From the IMG/VR virus record IMGVR_UViG_3300042691_013609, positions 57,239-121,238 of that record: a stretch of DNA of 64,000 nt, one strand, 5' to 3'. Below the pieces are notes generated by a model. That model was not told the origin of the DNA and searched no databases. It saw only the letters and a program-made list of their open reading frames with translations. Below, piece after piece: positions 37,403-46,683 of this stretch (within the stretch, counting starts at the first letter, position 1; the number at the start of each line of letters is the position of its first letter). A program made the translations under genes and the position numbers. Source of the DNA: a virus.

Positions 37403-37505
37403 ATAAATCCGTCCTTGAAGACGGCTTCCTTACCCCAATCCCAATTGATTTTTACAGGGGCCTAACCAGCCCCTGTTTTTTAGAAAAAAAAATACATGAA
37501 GTAAA

Positions 37506-38042
37506 ATGAACAATATAAAATTAACAGGAAATTCAAAACTCCTAAAAAAGACAAAATCTAAGATCAATCCTAGAGAATTATCTCTTGCGCTGGCCGAAGC
37601 CACTGAATGTGGTAACGGCCTTAATCCGTTGAAGGGATATATTGTTCTTCCTAATTTTAATTCATCTTCAGGAGATGTTGACAATAGAGTAGCATTATAT
37701 ATTGTAGATGGAGAATTAGTAATTGAGCCAATCGAAGATGCAAAAGCAGCTATTTCTGCTTTCTGCTCAAACTCTTTAGTTAGCGCTACTGGAGCGTCTA
37801 TATCAGGATGCTTAACTGGACAAAATTTAACAGTAGGCGGGACTAGACAATTAACAGCTTCAGTAACTCCTTCCACTGCGTTACAAACTGGTACTTGGAC
37901 AACATCTAACGCGGGTAGAGCGACAGTTAACTCATCTGGATTAGTAACAGCTGTTGCAGCCGGTTCCGTGACAATTACGTTTACTTCTACTGATGGAGGA
38001 TTTACGGCTACTTGCGCTATTACTGTGGTTGCTCCATTATAA
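37506..38042 (+). CDS. Virion protein with C-terminal Ig-like (Big_2) domain
   Basis: LTVGGTRQLTASVTP...WTTSN...ATVNSSGLVTAVAAG.VTIT. Confidence 0.85.
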   Translation: MNNIKLTGNSKLLKKTKSKINPRELSLALAEATECGNGLNPLKGYIVLPNFNSSSGDVDNRVALYIVDGELVIEPIEDAKAAISAFCSNSLVSATGASISGCLTGQNLTVGGTRQLTASVTPSTALQTGTWTTSNAGRATVNSSGLVTAVAAGSVTITFTSTDGGFTATCAITVVAPL

Positions 38043-38065
38043 TTTTATAATAAAAATATAATAAC

Positions 38066-38584
38066 ATGACTAATGCTAATTGCTCCTGTATAAAAAGGGA
38101 GGATCAATCATTTGATTTCATAATCAATACTTATGATTGCAGAAGCTTAGTTATTACTGATTTAACAAATTGGATGATAGGTGATGGTTACGTTTTGCCA
38201 ACAACGCACAACGTAACCGTTACCTTACCAACTCAATCAAAAGTAGATATAAAAATTATACCTAACTCAGTAACAAGTGTTAGCGCAAATACATTAGGTT
38301 TTGGCGAATGTCTAAAAGACGGTATATACGGCTTTTATACAGAGAGTTGCGGGTATAATTATAGTAAAGTAAAAGCTGTTGTCTGTACACTTAGGTGTAA
38401 ATTAGATAATTATATATCTAAGGCAATGGATAAAGAAGATTGGGATAACATAACAAGAATCTCTAACCTTATCGATTTAATAGAAATCGATGCAGAAATG
38501 GGCAATGAAATAAATGCTAAAGAAATGTTTAAGATTGTGGATAAGGAACTTGATAAACATTCTTGCACTTGCTATTGCAGGTAA
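38066..38584 (+). CDS. Cys-rich putative virion protein
   Basis: L.DGIY motif; structural module. Confidence 0.55.
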   Translation: MTNANCSCIKREDQSFDFIINTYDCRSLVITDLTNWMIGDGYVLPTTHNVTVTLPTQSKVDIKIIPNSVTSVSANTLGFGECLKDGIYGFYTESCGYNYSKVKAVVCTLRCKLDNYISKAMDKEDWDNITRISNLIDLIEIDAEMGNEINAKEMFKIVDKELDKHSCTCYCR

Positions 38585-38608
38585 TTTTAAATTTAAAGTA
38601 AAAAATAG

Positions 38609-39146
38609 AATGGCAAATATATATTCATGTTGCAATTGTTTTGGCAACTCTTTGACATTGAACAACAACTGTAATCCAACCTCAACTAGTGAATGTGGGG
38701 GTTGTTTGACTTTAGGTCATATTATGGTTGGGTGTGAAAATAGCATCGCTCCATGCGATACCGAAAGCACATTAAAAGTGCCATTCGATTGTTTTTGTTT
38801 TCCTTGCGACAACCCACAATTTAAGATAACTAACCTAAGCAAAATAAAGTACGCAACTGTAGTGTCAATTGATAAAACAGGTGTGACTATTCAACCTGAT
38901 GGAACCGGAAAAGCCAACTCTAAAGTAGAGATTGAATTTTTTGCTATGTGTTCTGACGGGTGTGATGTAAAATCTGATTACGGTAGTGTTAGTATTTATC
39001 TTAGAGATATTTGCAAAGGTGTTATTTGTGAGGATGGATATAAGTGCAATGATTGCACTGGAGACTGCGACCAAGTAACTATAGATTTATCAGGACAAAG
39101 GCCGGTCGAAGAAACTGAAGAAAATACTAGCGGTTTTATACTATAA
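38609..39146 (+). CDS. Very Cys-rich protein (start near MANIYS, coordinate approximate)
   Basis: More than 20 Cys, EGF-like tail C.GV.C.DG..C..CTG.C. Confidence 0.55.
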
Positions 39147-39161
39147 AAAATAAAAGACAAA

Positions 39162-40784
39162 ATGCCAAATTATACATCCCCATCACCAGCAAATGTAGCC
39201 CTTAACGGAAACCAAACTACTTGGTGGATTCCGGCTAAAAATAACAGCACAATTACTGTTACTAACGTAATTGTTACTATTACAGTTGCGCCTACTAGTG
39301 GGTTACAACTTTTAACTTTCCAACCAGAAGTCGGCACATTTAATCCAACTACAGGTATTTGGAATATAGGAACTCTTTTACCAGGGTCTACAAAATGGCT
39401 TAAACTTGTTACTTCTGTAGCAGATATTGGATTAGCTCCTTTCACAGTTACATCTGTAATTAGCGGAAATGGGGTTGATTCAAATGCATTAAACAATACA
39501 TTAGTTCAGACTGTAACATCTGTTGTTACTTCTGCTACAGCAGGAGCTATAGATGATCCGCATTCTTGCTCTTGTGTTAATGTGGCGGAGAACGACACTC
39601 CGTGTAACTTAGGAACAACTACTTATGTTCTCAATGAGCCTAGCATTACTAACTCTACAGAATACTGGTGGGATGATGCTACAGGGCAGGGTAAATTTAT
39701 CCCTGTAGACCCAAAAGTAGATATTACTTTTGAATACAGTATTTGGTGTAATGATGGATCCGGAGCTGTAGAAATAAGCGGACCTGCATTAGTTACAATA
39801 GATAAATTATTTTCTGATGTATCCTCTTTTGATCATACAATCTCAACTGTACCATATTCGGCATTATGCCCGCAAGAAATTTCTGTTTTATCTGCACAAT
39901 ACCCAACATTAGATTTAAGTAAATATTGTTGGAGAATTCTTAAAAATGTATTAGGAGACGCAACTTCAGGTGAACCTGTAGATTGTGATGAAGCTATTGA
40001 TACTAGGACATTTTTTATTTGTTCAGAAATAGATTGCAATACACCAGAACAACCTTGTCCGTGTCCTACAGATGAATTACCAGCAGACATACCATCTCAA
40101 TTACCTGTCGGTTACGAAGCAGAAAAAGGAGACACAGTAGTTATATACCATCCAAATGCAATGTCTGTTTGGACTTATGATGGAACATTGTGGAATAAGT
40201 GGTCTTGTGGATGTATTTATAAAATATCTCAAGACGAAGATAATGATTTAACTTTAGGCTCAGATGGAGCTCCTTATTTTGATTTATCTTCAATGACAGA
40301 AATTATTGAATTGCAAGATAAGGTAGTTACAAGTATAGCCTTTACAGGTACAAGCACAAAAACACTTACTCTTACATTCGATGATGGTTCTACATTAACA
40401 GCAAATTTTGCGGATTTATCAGCAGCATCTAGCACTTATGTAGAGGTATCTGATACTTGTTCTATAAACATGTCTATTTCTGGAACAGGTTCTTCAGTTA
40501 ATCCATTTGTAATTAGTGCAGAATATAATGAAGGAAGTCCACTATATGCTTATGACTCTGGAGTTGTAGGTTCTACAGCAAATACACTAAATGTGACTAC
40601 TTTATTTGATGTGTCTTGTCCAGAAGACTGTGCAGTTATTTATACATTAAACGGATATTCTACTGATGTCTTTCAGAATGTAACTTTAGTAGGAACTACC
40701 CTAACTTATGATATAAAATCAACAGCTCCATCTGGGACACATTATATTAATGTAGACAGGGAGTGCGGAGGCGTAATACTCTAA
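39162..40784 (+). CDS. Virion protein with N-terminal DUF11-like Ig domain
   Basis: TNV.VT....SGL.......GTFNPTTGIWNIGTL.PG...L. Confidence 0.7.
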   Translation: MPNYTSPSPANVALNGNQTTWWIPAKNNSTITVTNVIVTITVAPTSGLQLLTFQPEVGTFNPTTGIWNIGTLLPGSTKWLKLVTSVADIGLAPFTVTSVISGNGVDSNALNNTLVQTVTSVVTSATAGAIDDPHSCSCVNVAENDTPCNLGTTTYVLNEPSITNSTEYWWDDATGQGKFIPVDPKVDITFEYSIWCNDGSGAVEISGPALVTIDKLFSDVSSFDHTISTVPYSALCPQEISVLSAQYPTLDLSKYCWRILKNVLGDATSGEPVDCDEAIDTRTFFICSEIDCNTPEQPCPCPTDELPADIPSQLPVGYEAEKGDTVVIYHPNAMSVWTYDGTLWNKWSCGCIYKISQDEDNDLTLGSDGAPYFDLSSMTEIIELQDKVVTSIAFTGTSTKTLTLTFDDGSTLTANFADLSAASSTYVEVSDTCSINMSISGTGSSVNPFVISAEYNEGSPLYAYDSGVVGSTANTLNVTTLFDVSCPEDCAVIYTLNGYSTDVFQNVTLVGTTLTYDIKSTAPSGTHYINVDRECGGVIL

Positions 40785-40793
40785 TAAAGAATT

Positions 40794-41195
40794 ATGAACA
40801 AGACTCAGTCTAAAATAGGAATAACAATACCAGAAACTCCTCCGCAGGAAAACTATATATATTCAGCTTATTTCCAGTATGACGCTATAGGAGGATTTGC
40901 TGAAGGGGAGGTTTACAACAATTTTCCTTCTACTCCTACTTGGAGTATGACAGGTACAGGTATTATAGAAACGACAAGCGGTTTAGGTTATAATTTCGCA
41001 AACAAAAACTCAGTAGAAATTCTTGTGTCAAAAGTTATAACGACGGGGATAGCAGGAGCATCTAGCGATTATCACGTATCCGCTAGCATATCTAGTGGCG
41101 GAGCTGATGATATAAGGATTGAATTATTAGATTCTACATTCGCCGCCACAAATGATTTTGGTGCATTTTATTTACGTGTTACAGTATACCAATAA
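40794..41195 (+). CDS. Putative virion/fibre protein
   Basis: N-terminus MNKTQSKIGITI shared with the next gene. Confidence 0.6.
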   Translation: MNKTQSKIGITIPETPPQENYIYSAYFQYDAIGGFAEGEVYNNFPSTPTWSMTGTGIIETTSGLGYNFANKNSVEILVSKVITTGIAGASSDYHVSASISSGGADDIRIELLDSTFAATNDFGAFYLRVTVYQ

Positions 41196-41198
41196 AAA

Positions 41199-41537
41199 AT
41201 GAATAAGACACAATCTAAAATAGGAATTACTATAACTGCAAGTCCGACTTGTTGTTGCTGGACAAATATATATTATTATTCTTCAGAAGAATATTCAGTT
41301 GGGGCTATGAAAGCCTATGTAACTGGTTGTGATGATGCCGATTTAACTTGGGAAATATTAGTAGGCTCGACTTGGACTGAAATACTTTTATCAGATCCTG
41401 GCTTCGGTTTGGACCCTACTATATATGATCCAAATGCATTAGGAGCACAAGGCCCTGGATTGTATAGAACAAAAATGTCATCGGTTGGATGCTGTGATAC
41501 ATACTCTAATATATTAGAATCTTTCGGACCAGTTTAA
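41199..41537 (+). CDS. Putative virion/fibre protein
   Basis: N-terminus MNKTQSKIGITI shared with the previous gene. Confidence 0.6.
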   Translation: MNKTQSKIGITITASPTCCCWTNIYYYSSEEYSVGAMKAYVTGCDDADLTWEILVGSTWTEILLSDPGFGLDPTIYDPNALGAQGPGLYRTKMSSVGCCDTYSNILESFGPV

Positions 41538-41546
41538 TATAAATAA

Positions 41547-42299
41547 ATGTATCCATCAAATTCACAAAGAATAGAACAGCAGTTAAAAAACTTAAAGCAC
41601 AAGGTAACTTGTGGAGTGCAGTTTTTTGACACATTTGAAGACTTTCCTGCAACAGGTAAAGAATGCGCAGTATATGTAGATAAAAGCACTGGCGCGTTTT
41701 TTATTTGGAATGGTACGGCTTATGTAACTTGTTGTGGGGAAGGAAGTACTATAGTAGCTCAGGGAATACAAGGTATACAAGGTTTAAGAGGACTCCAAGG
41801 TTTACAAGGTTTATCTGGTTCTTACGGGTTAGCTAACGGAGCTTTTTTTAGTACTCTATCACAATCTATTTCAACATTGGGCTCTGTAGTTCCTATGACT
41901 TTTAATAGCGAAATAGAGTCTAATGGTGTTTATTTAGATAATGTAGCATCTCCTAACTTAAATTCATTTTATCTTACAAATCCGGGTATATATAATATAC
42001 AATTTTCAGCACAATTACTTAGAGAATTTGGAGGATCTGATGCTCATATTGGTATTTTTTTAAAACGAAATGGAGTTACTGAACCTTATACGGGCACATA
42101 TTTACATTTTAATAGTAATAATACTTATTTAGTTGCGGCTTGGAACTTTTTTGTTACAGCACAAGCGGGTGACTATTTTCAGTTAATGTGGACAGTAGAT
42201 GATTTAGATATACAATTAGTGTATTTGGGAGAAGATAGTATTTTAGCAGGAGTTCCTGAAACACCTTCGGTTATTTTAACAGTAAATCAAATAATGTAA
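41547..42299 (+). CDS. Short GxQ collagen-like protein with C1q/BclA-like head
   Basis: [14 protein letters not shown]; G.YNIQFSAQL, AAWNF, AGDYF.LMW, P.TPSVILTV. Confidence 0.7.
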   Translation: MYPSNSQRIEQQLKNLKHKVTCGVQFFDTFEDFPATGKECAVYVDKSTGAFFIWNGTAYVTCCGEGSTIVAQGIQGIQGLRGLQGLQGLSGSYGLANGAFFSTLSQSISTLGSVVPMTFNSEIESNGVYLDNVASPNLNSFYLTNPGIYNIQFSAQLLREFGGSDAHIGIFLKRNGVTEPYTGTYLHFNSNNTYLVAAWNFFVTAQAGDYFQLMWTVDDLDIQLVYLGEDSILAGVPETPSVILTVNQIM

Positions 42300-42303
42300 A
42301 AAT

Positions 42304-42957
42304 ATGTATTCAAATAAGTTTTCTTTAACATTTCTTTCTTTATTTTTTATTATTTTTATAATTATAGGTTGTTTGAAGGATGAGGAGATTACTTCATCTT
42401 CGGTGCCACAAACAGAAGAAAAGGTAGAGACTATCAAAGATACAACATCACAAGTTCTACCAAGAAACGGACAAGGAGACTTAGTATTATACAGAGGTAC
42501 ATTATCTATAGACAACTACTTGTTAGTATCTACAACAAACAGAGTATTCAGAACACACACAGTGTACAATAAAGATAAAGTAGCTTATTTATCTTTTCGC
42601 CCAGGCACACTAGGAAAAGCAAATATCGGCGGTGTGGTTACAAAGCATTATAATATAGAGGTAAAGTACAAAGATAGTACAGTATCTACAATCAATGCAT
42701 TCTCAAAAGACACGTTAGATAGATTCAGATTTTATCCAAAAGGTGTAAATCTACTTAACAGCTTACATCCTTCTAAAAAGTTAGAATGGGTGTATGCTAA
42801 TAAAACAACTGCAAGCATAAACGAGTGGAGAGGGACTACGTACACAAACTTGCAAAATTGGAACATTTATGCAGACGGAATGTTTGTGGCGCAAAAAGTA
42901 AAAGACCCGGTTGATAAAAACTCAACACAATTTATCATACCGCATTCACATAAATAA
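42304..42957 (+). CDS. Putative lipoprotein
   Basis: Hydrophobic N-terminus ending IIGC. Confidence 0.55.
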   Translation: MYSNKFSLTFLSLFFIIFIIIGCLKDEEITSSSVPQTEEKVETIKDTTSQVLPRNGQGDLVLYRGTLSIDNYLLVSTTNRVFRTHTVYNKDKVAYLSFRPGTLGKANIGGVVTKHYNIEVKYKDSTVSTINAFSKDTLDRFRFYPKGVNLLNSLHPSKKLEWVYANKTTASINEWRGTTYTNLQNWNIYADGMFVAQKVKDPVDKNSTQFIIPHSHK

Positions 42958-42989
42958 AGACATTAATAAACCAGAGGAAAAACTAAAAA

Positions 42990-43277
42990 ATGGAATCACT
43001 TTTAGAAATTATTAAAGAATATTTAGGAGAAGCGGTTGTCGCAATAGTTACAGGTCTTGTAGCTTATTTATCAGGAAAGAAAAAAGCCGAAGTAGAATTA
43101 AGAAGCTCAGAAGGAGAAGCACTCAAAACAATGCAAGAGGCTTATGATAAATTTACAACAGATAGCCTAAAAAAATACCAAGAACTTTACGAAGAACTGC
43201 ATGAAGTAAAAGAAATGTTAAAAATAGTAAAGAAAGAATTAGAAGACTGTAGAAACGGAGTATTAGCACCAAGATGA
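42990..43277 (+). CDS. Putative holin / membrane-anchored coiled-coil protein
   Basis: One TM segment plus coiled coil, directly before the endolysin. Confidence 0.5.
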   Translation: MESLLEIIKEYLGEAVVAIVTGLVAYLSGKKKAEVELRSSEGEALKTMQEAYDKFTTDSLKKYQELYEELHEVKEMLKIVKKELEDCRNGVLAPR

Positions 43278-43771
43278 CAGACAATATAACAAAACAAAGA
43301 ATAAAACTAGCCCACCCTAAATTACGAAATGAGTTAGAGGATTTAATTGAAAATATTAACACAAATATACTTACAGGCCAGTCAAAAGTAAGATTAGCTT
43401 ATACCCTTAGAACTTGGGACGAACAAGACGAACTTTACGCACAAGGCAGAACAAAACCAGGTAAAAAAGTAACAAATGCGAAAGGAGGAGACTCTATGCA
43501 TAACTACGCTTTAGCTGTTGATATTGTTCTTATCATAGATGGAAAAGATGCGTCATGGGATACCAAGAAAGACTGGGACAAAGATAAACAATCCGATTGG
43601 ATGGAAGTTGTTTCAGAGTTTAAAAAGAAAGGTTGGGAATGGGGCGGAGACTGGGTTAAGTTTAAAGATATGCCACACTTTGAAAAATCATTTGGCTTAT
43701 CTGTAAAGAAACTTAAAGAAAAGTATTTAAAGAAGGATTTTATTCCGGGAACAGAATACGTAAATATATAA
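43274..43771 (+). CDS. Endolysin, M15 (L-Ala-D-Glu peptidase type)
   Basis: LRT..EQ..LYAQGR, VTNA..G.S.HNY.LAVD, WGGDW..F.D.PHFE. Confidence 0.92.
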   Translation: MTDNITKQRIKLAHPKLRNELEDLIENINTNILTGQSKVRLAYTLRTWDEQDELYAQGRTKPGKKVTNAKGGDSMHNYALAVDIVLIIDGKDASWDTKKDWDKDKQSDWMEVVSEFKKKGWEWGGDWVKFKDMPHFEKSFGLSVKKLKEKYLKKDFIPGTEYVNI

Positions 43772-43772
43772 T

Positions 43773-44552
43773 ATGGAAGGTTTTAAATGCTCACACGCAG
43801 AGAAAAGTAATTATTCAGTTATTACACCAAATCAACATTTAAAGCCTATCAACGGCAAGATAACGTGGCATATCGACGAGCAGAGTTTAACTACCGATAT
43901 GGAAAAATACAAAGTGTTATTTGCTTTTGAGCAAGCGTTTAACAAGTGGGGTGAAATAATTAACCCTATATCTTTTCAGCCAGTTGCTGCGATTAATGAT
44001 GCACAAATTGTTATCAAGTTTAAGAGTAATGGTGACGAAGGTCTGCCTTATGAATTTGATGAAACAACATTAGCTTATGCTTTTGCTCCGCAAGATACAA
44101 GTTTAGGTATCTATGCGGACATGTATTTTAATGATGCTTACAAGTGGGATGAAATACATAAAGCTGGTAGCATTTATCTTTTTAAAGTTGTTGTTCATGA
44201 ATTAGGCCATTGCTTGAATATTGGGCACCAAACAAAAGATATAAATGATATTATGTATCCTATTTACCAACCTTTTGGTGAAGTAGTTGTAAATAAAGAC
44301 ACAAAGCAAGGGATATATGATTTGTATAAACAATATGGCGTTAAAAGCCCAACTCCAATCCCATCTGAAGGAATTGATAAAGAAGTTGGCCAATTTATAA
44401 AAGCCATGTATAAATCAAAAAATGATTTATTAAAATTAAACTCATCCCAATTGCAGAATTTATCTTCTACTTTAGGAGTTACCTTTGGAATCAAAGACAA
44501 TATACAAAAGAGAGTTAATACTCTTTGGTCTGTAATATTAGGCATAAAATAA
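43773..44552 (+). CDS. Matrixin-family (M10) zinc metalloprotease
   Basis: LAYAF.P, VVVHELGHCLNIGH, Met-turn IMYP. Confidence 0.9.
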   Translation: MEGFKCSHAEKSNYSVITPNQHLKPINGKITWHIDEQSLTTDMEKYKVLFAFEQAFNKWGEIINPISFQPVAAINDAQIVIKFKSNGDEGLPYEFDETTLAYAFAPQDTSLGIYADMYFNDAYKWDEIHKAGSIYLFKVVVHELGHCLNIGHQTKDINDIMYPIYQPFGEVVVNKDTKQGIYDLYKQYGVKSPTPIPSEGIDKEVGQFIKAMYKSKNDLLKLNSSQLQNLSSTLGVTFGIKDNIQKRVNTLWSVILGIK

Positions 44553-44555
44553 TTT

Positions 44556-44738
44556 ATGAAAAAAGTTACTAAAAGTAAAGTAAATGAAGCTGGTAATTAC
44601 ACTAAACCAGGAATGAGAAAAACCTTATTTAATAAAATAAAATCAGGATCAAAAGGTGGAGACCCAGGGGAATGGAGTGCTAGAAAGGCGCAGTTGCTCG
44701 CTAAAGAGTACAAGAAAAAAGGAGGTGGATATAAATAG
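44556..44738 (+). CDS. Small basic protein, DUF5872-like N-part
   Basis: YTKP..R, GG.PGEWSARKAQLLAKEYKKKGGGY. Confidence 0.7.
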   Translation: MKKVTKSKVNEAGNYTKPGMRKTLFNKIKSGSKGGDPGEWSARKAQLLAKEYKKKGGGYK

Positions 44739-44818
44739 CATTCTACTTTCTATATTAATATTAATTACTATAGTCTCGCCATTTAGTTTATTACACACTA
44801 TATTAAAACTTACAATAA

Positions 44819-45097
44819 GTGACCCAATTAAAAAAATCGCAGCAAAGTTTAAAAAAGTGGACTAAAGAAGAGTGGATGACTTCTGGGACATACGCTAATA
44901 AAAATAAAGGATCAGGCAAAGAAGTAAAATCAAGCGGTAATAAAAGGTACTTACCTAAAGAAGCTTGGTCAAAATTATCCGCATCCGAAAAGAAAGCAAC
45001 AAATGCAGCCAAATCAAAGGGCAATAAAGCAGGAAAACAATTTGTAAAACAGCCACAGAAGATAGCAAAAAAGGCGGCACAAGTTAGAAACAAATGA
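44819..45097 (+). CDS. Small basic protein, DUF5872-like C-part
   Basis: Q.SLKKWT.E.W, RYLP..AW..LS..EK.ATN..K, GKQFV. Confidence 0.7.
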   Translation: MTQLKKSQQSLKKWTKEEWMTSGTYANKNKGSGKEVKSSGNKRYLPKEAWSKLSASEKKATNAAKSKGNKAGKQFVKQPQKIAKKAAQVRNK

Positions 45098-45321
45098 AAA
45101 AAGTAAAAGTAGGCGGTGTGCCTCATGTCGTAAAGAAAAAAGGAAAAGACATTGTTGTAGAGCATCCAACCATTAATAACGGTAAATACGATAAACTTAA
45201 TCTAAGTAAACAGACAAAAGGTAAAGTCAAAACCGTAAAGCAGGGAATAAAATCTACAAAAGAATGGCACAAAGAAAACCCGCATTCTTATAAAGATAAA
45301 AGCAAGTCAAAAAAGAAGTAA
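45094..45321 (+). CDS. Small Lys-rich protein
   Basis: 75 aa, overlapping start/stop. Confidence 0.6.
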   Translation: MKKVKVGGVPHVVKKKGKDIVVEHPTINNGKYDKLNLSKQTKGKVKTVKQGIKSTKEWHKENPHSYKDKSKSKKK

Positions 45322-45323
45322 CA

Positions 45324-45479
45324 ATGAAAGTTAAAAATACTAAAGTAAAGAAGATGCAATCAGGCGGCTCTTTAAAAGCAGTTGATTCTTATAAAAACCC
45401 AGGTTTATCAAAACTACCAACTGAAGTAAGAAATAAAATGGGCTATATGAAAAACGGGGGTAAAGCTAAAAAGAAATGA
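45324..45479 (+). CDS. Small Lys-rich protein with KMQSGG motif (not in the ORF track)
   Basis: MKVKNTKVKKMQSGGSLK...NPGLSKLPTEVRNKMGYMKNGG. Confidence 0.6.
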   Translation: MKVKNTKVKKMQSGGSLKAVDSYKNPGLSKLPTEVRNKMGYMKNGGKAKKK

Positions 45480-45979
45480 CAAAGTTAAAATTAACAGGCA
45501 AGTCCAATATATTAAAGAAAACAACTAGCGGTATTAATCCTAAAGAATTTTCTTTGGCTACTAAAGAAGCCGAGCAATGCCCAGATGATTCATGCGGTGG
45601 CGGAGGTGGATCTAGCGTTGGCTATAAAAAATATGTAGCTTTATTAAACCCTGGAGAAAATCCACTTACTGACGCACCTGTCGCCACTGTATTAGAAAAT
45701 ACTCTTGGTAGCAATATTATATGGTTTCCACAAGCACCATCAGGTGCTTATAGTGGGGGGAATATAAACTTCGCAGACCCGTCTAAAGTTTTCATACTTA
45801 TGACAGGAAATTATTCAGGAGAAGGTGCTGGGAATGTTCCATATGTAGGTGCTGAAATTTATGATGACGGAAGTGGTTTTAAACTTTGGTTTTTTCCTGT
45901 TAATTATGTAGGTGATCCTATTGCATATTGGGGTACCCCTAACGCACCTCTATTTATAGAAGTAAGAGTATATCCATAA
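45476..45979 (+). CDS. Putative virion protein sharing its N-terminus with 37506..38042
   Basis: KLTG.S..LKKT.S.INP.E.SLA..EA..C; YKKYVALL...P.ATVLENTLG; terminal IEVRVY. Confidence 0.65.
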   Translation: MTKLKLTGKSNILKKTTSGINPKEFSLATKEAEQCPDDSCGGGGGSSVGYKKYVALLNPGENPLTDAPVATVLENTLGSNIIWFPQAPSGAYSGGNINFADPSKVFILMTGNYSGEGAGNVPYVGAEIYDDGSGFKLWFFPVNYVGDPIAYWGTPNAPLFIEVRVYP

Positions 45980-45997
45980 TATAAAAGAAAAAATAAT

Positions 45998-46156
45998 ATG
46001 GCTTTAGGAGTTAAACATTACACAAAGGACGGAAAGGAATATAAGGGCCCAATGCACAAAGATGCTAGCGGCAAACTTATGACTGGCAAAACGCATACAA
46101 GTAAGAGTGAGTATCTTACCCATTCAAAGCCTAAGCCAAAAACTAAGAAGAAGTAA
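45998..46156 (+). CDS. Small basic protein (not in the ORF track)
   Basis: MALGVKHYTKDGKEYKGPMHK...GKLMTGKTHTSKS. Confidence 0.6.
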   Translation: MALGVKHYTKDGKEYKGPMHKDASGKLMTGKTHTSKSEYLTHSKPKPKTKKK

Positions 46157-46177
46157 TAACAGTTTAAAATATAAAAC

Positions 46178-46465
46178 ATGGATCCTATTAGTAAATTTTT
46201 AATAGAATTGGTAAAAAGATTTTCAGCAGAAACTCCTTGGTTCTTTAAAGTAATTAGGAATTTATCTATTGCCCTTGCTATTGTAGCAGGTCTTCCTAAC
46301 TTGTTATCATTTTTAACTATTGCGGGTATTGAATTACCCCAAGCAGTTTTCGTATTTTCTAACAAGGTAGTTGCTATTTCTTCACTGGTCGCAGCATTTA
46401 TTGCACAATTAACTGCGACTAGTAATGAGAAAGAAAGGCTAGGTCTGCCTGATAATATAAAATAA
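46178..46465 (+). CDS. Putative holin (2 TM)
   Basis: RF.AETP.FFK + two hydrophobic segments + AQLT. Confidence 0.55.
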   Translation: MDPISKFLIELVKRFSAETPWFFKVIRNLSIALAIVAGLPNLLSFLTIAGIELPQAVFVFSNKVVAISSLVAAFIAQLTATSNEKERLGLPDNIK

Positions 46466-46466
46466 A

Positions 46467-46649
46467 ATGGACAAAGATTTAACCATAAAGCTGGCTATTT
46501 TCATAGGCAGCTTATTCTTTTTAGTATCGGTCCTATACAAAGCTGCTGATTTTTCTAATGTAAAACCGGCGGAAATAAAAATATACCAAGACTCAATTTC
46601 TTTAGACACTTTAATTGTCAAAGATACCCTTATATTAAAAGAGGATTAA
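46467..46649 (+). CDS. Small membrane protein
   Basis: Single TM segment. Confidence 0.5.
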   Translation: MDKDLTIKLAIFIGSLFFLVSVLYKAADFSNVKPAEIKIYQDSISLDTLIVKDTLILKED

Positions 46650-46683
46650 TTACCTCTTATATAAAACCTAAACCTTCATAATA

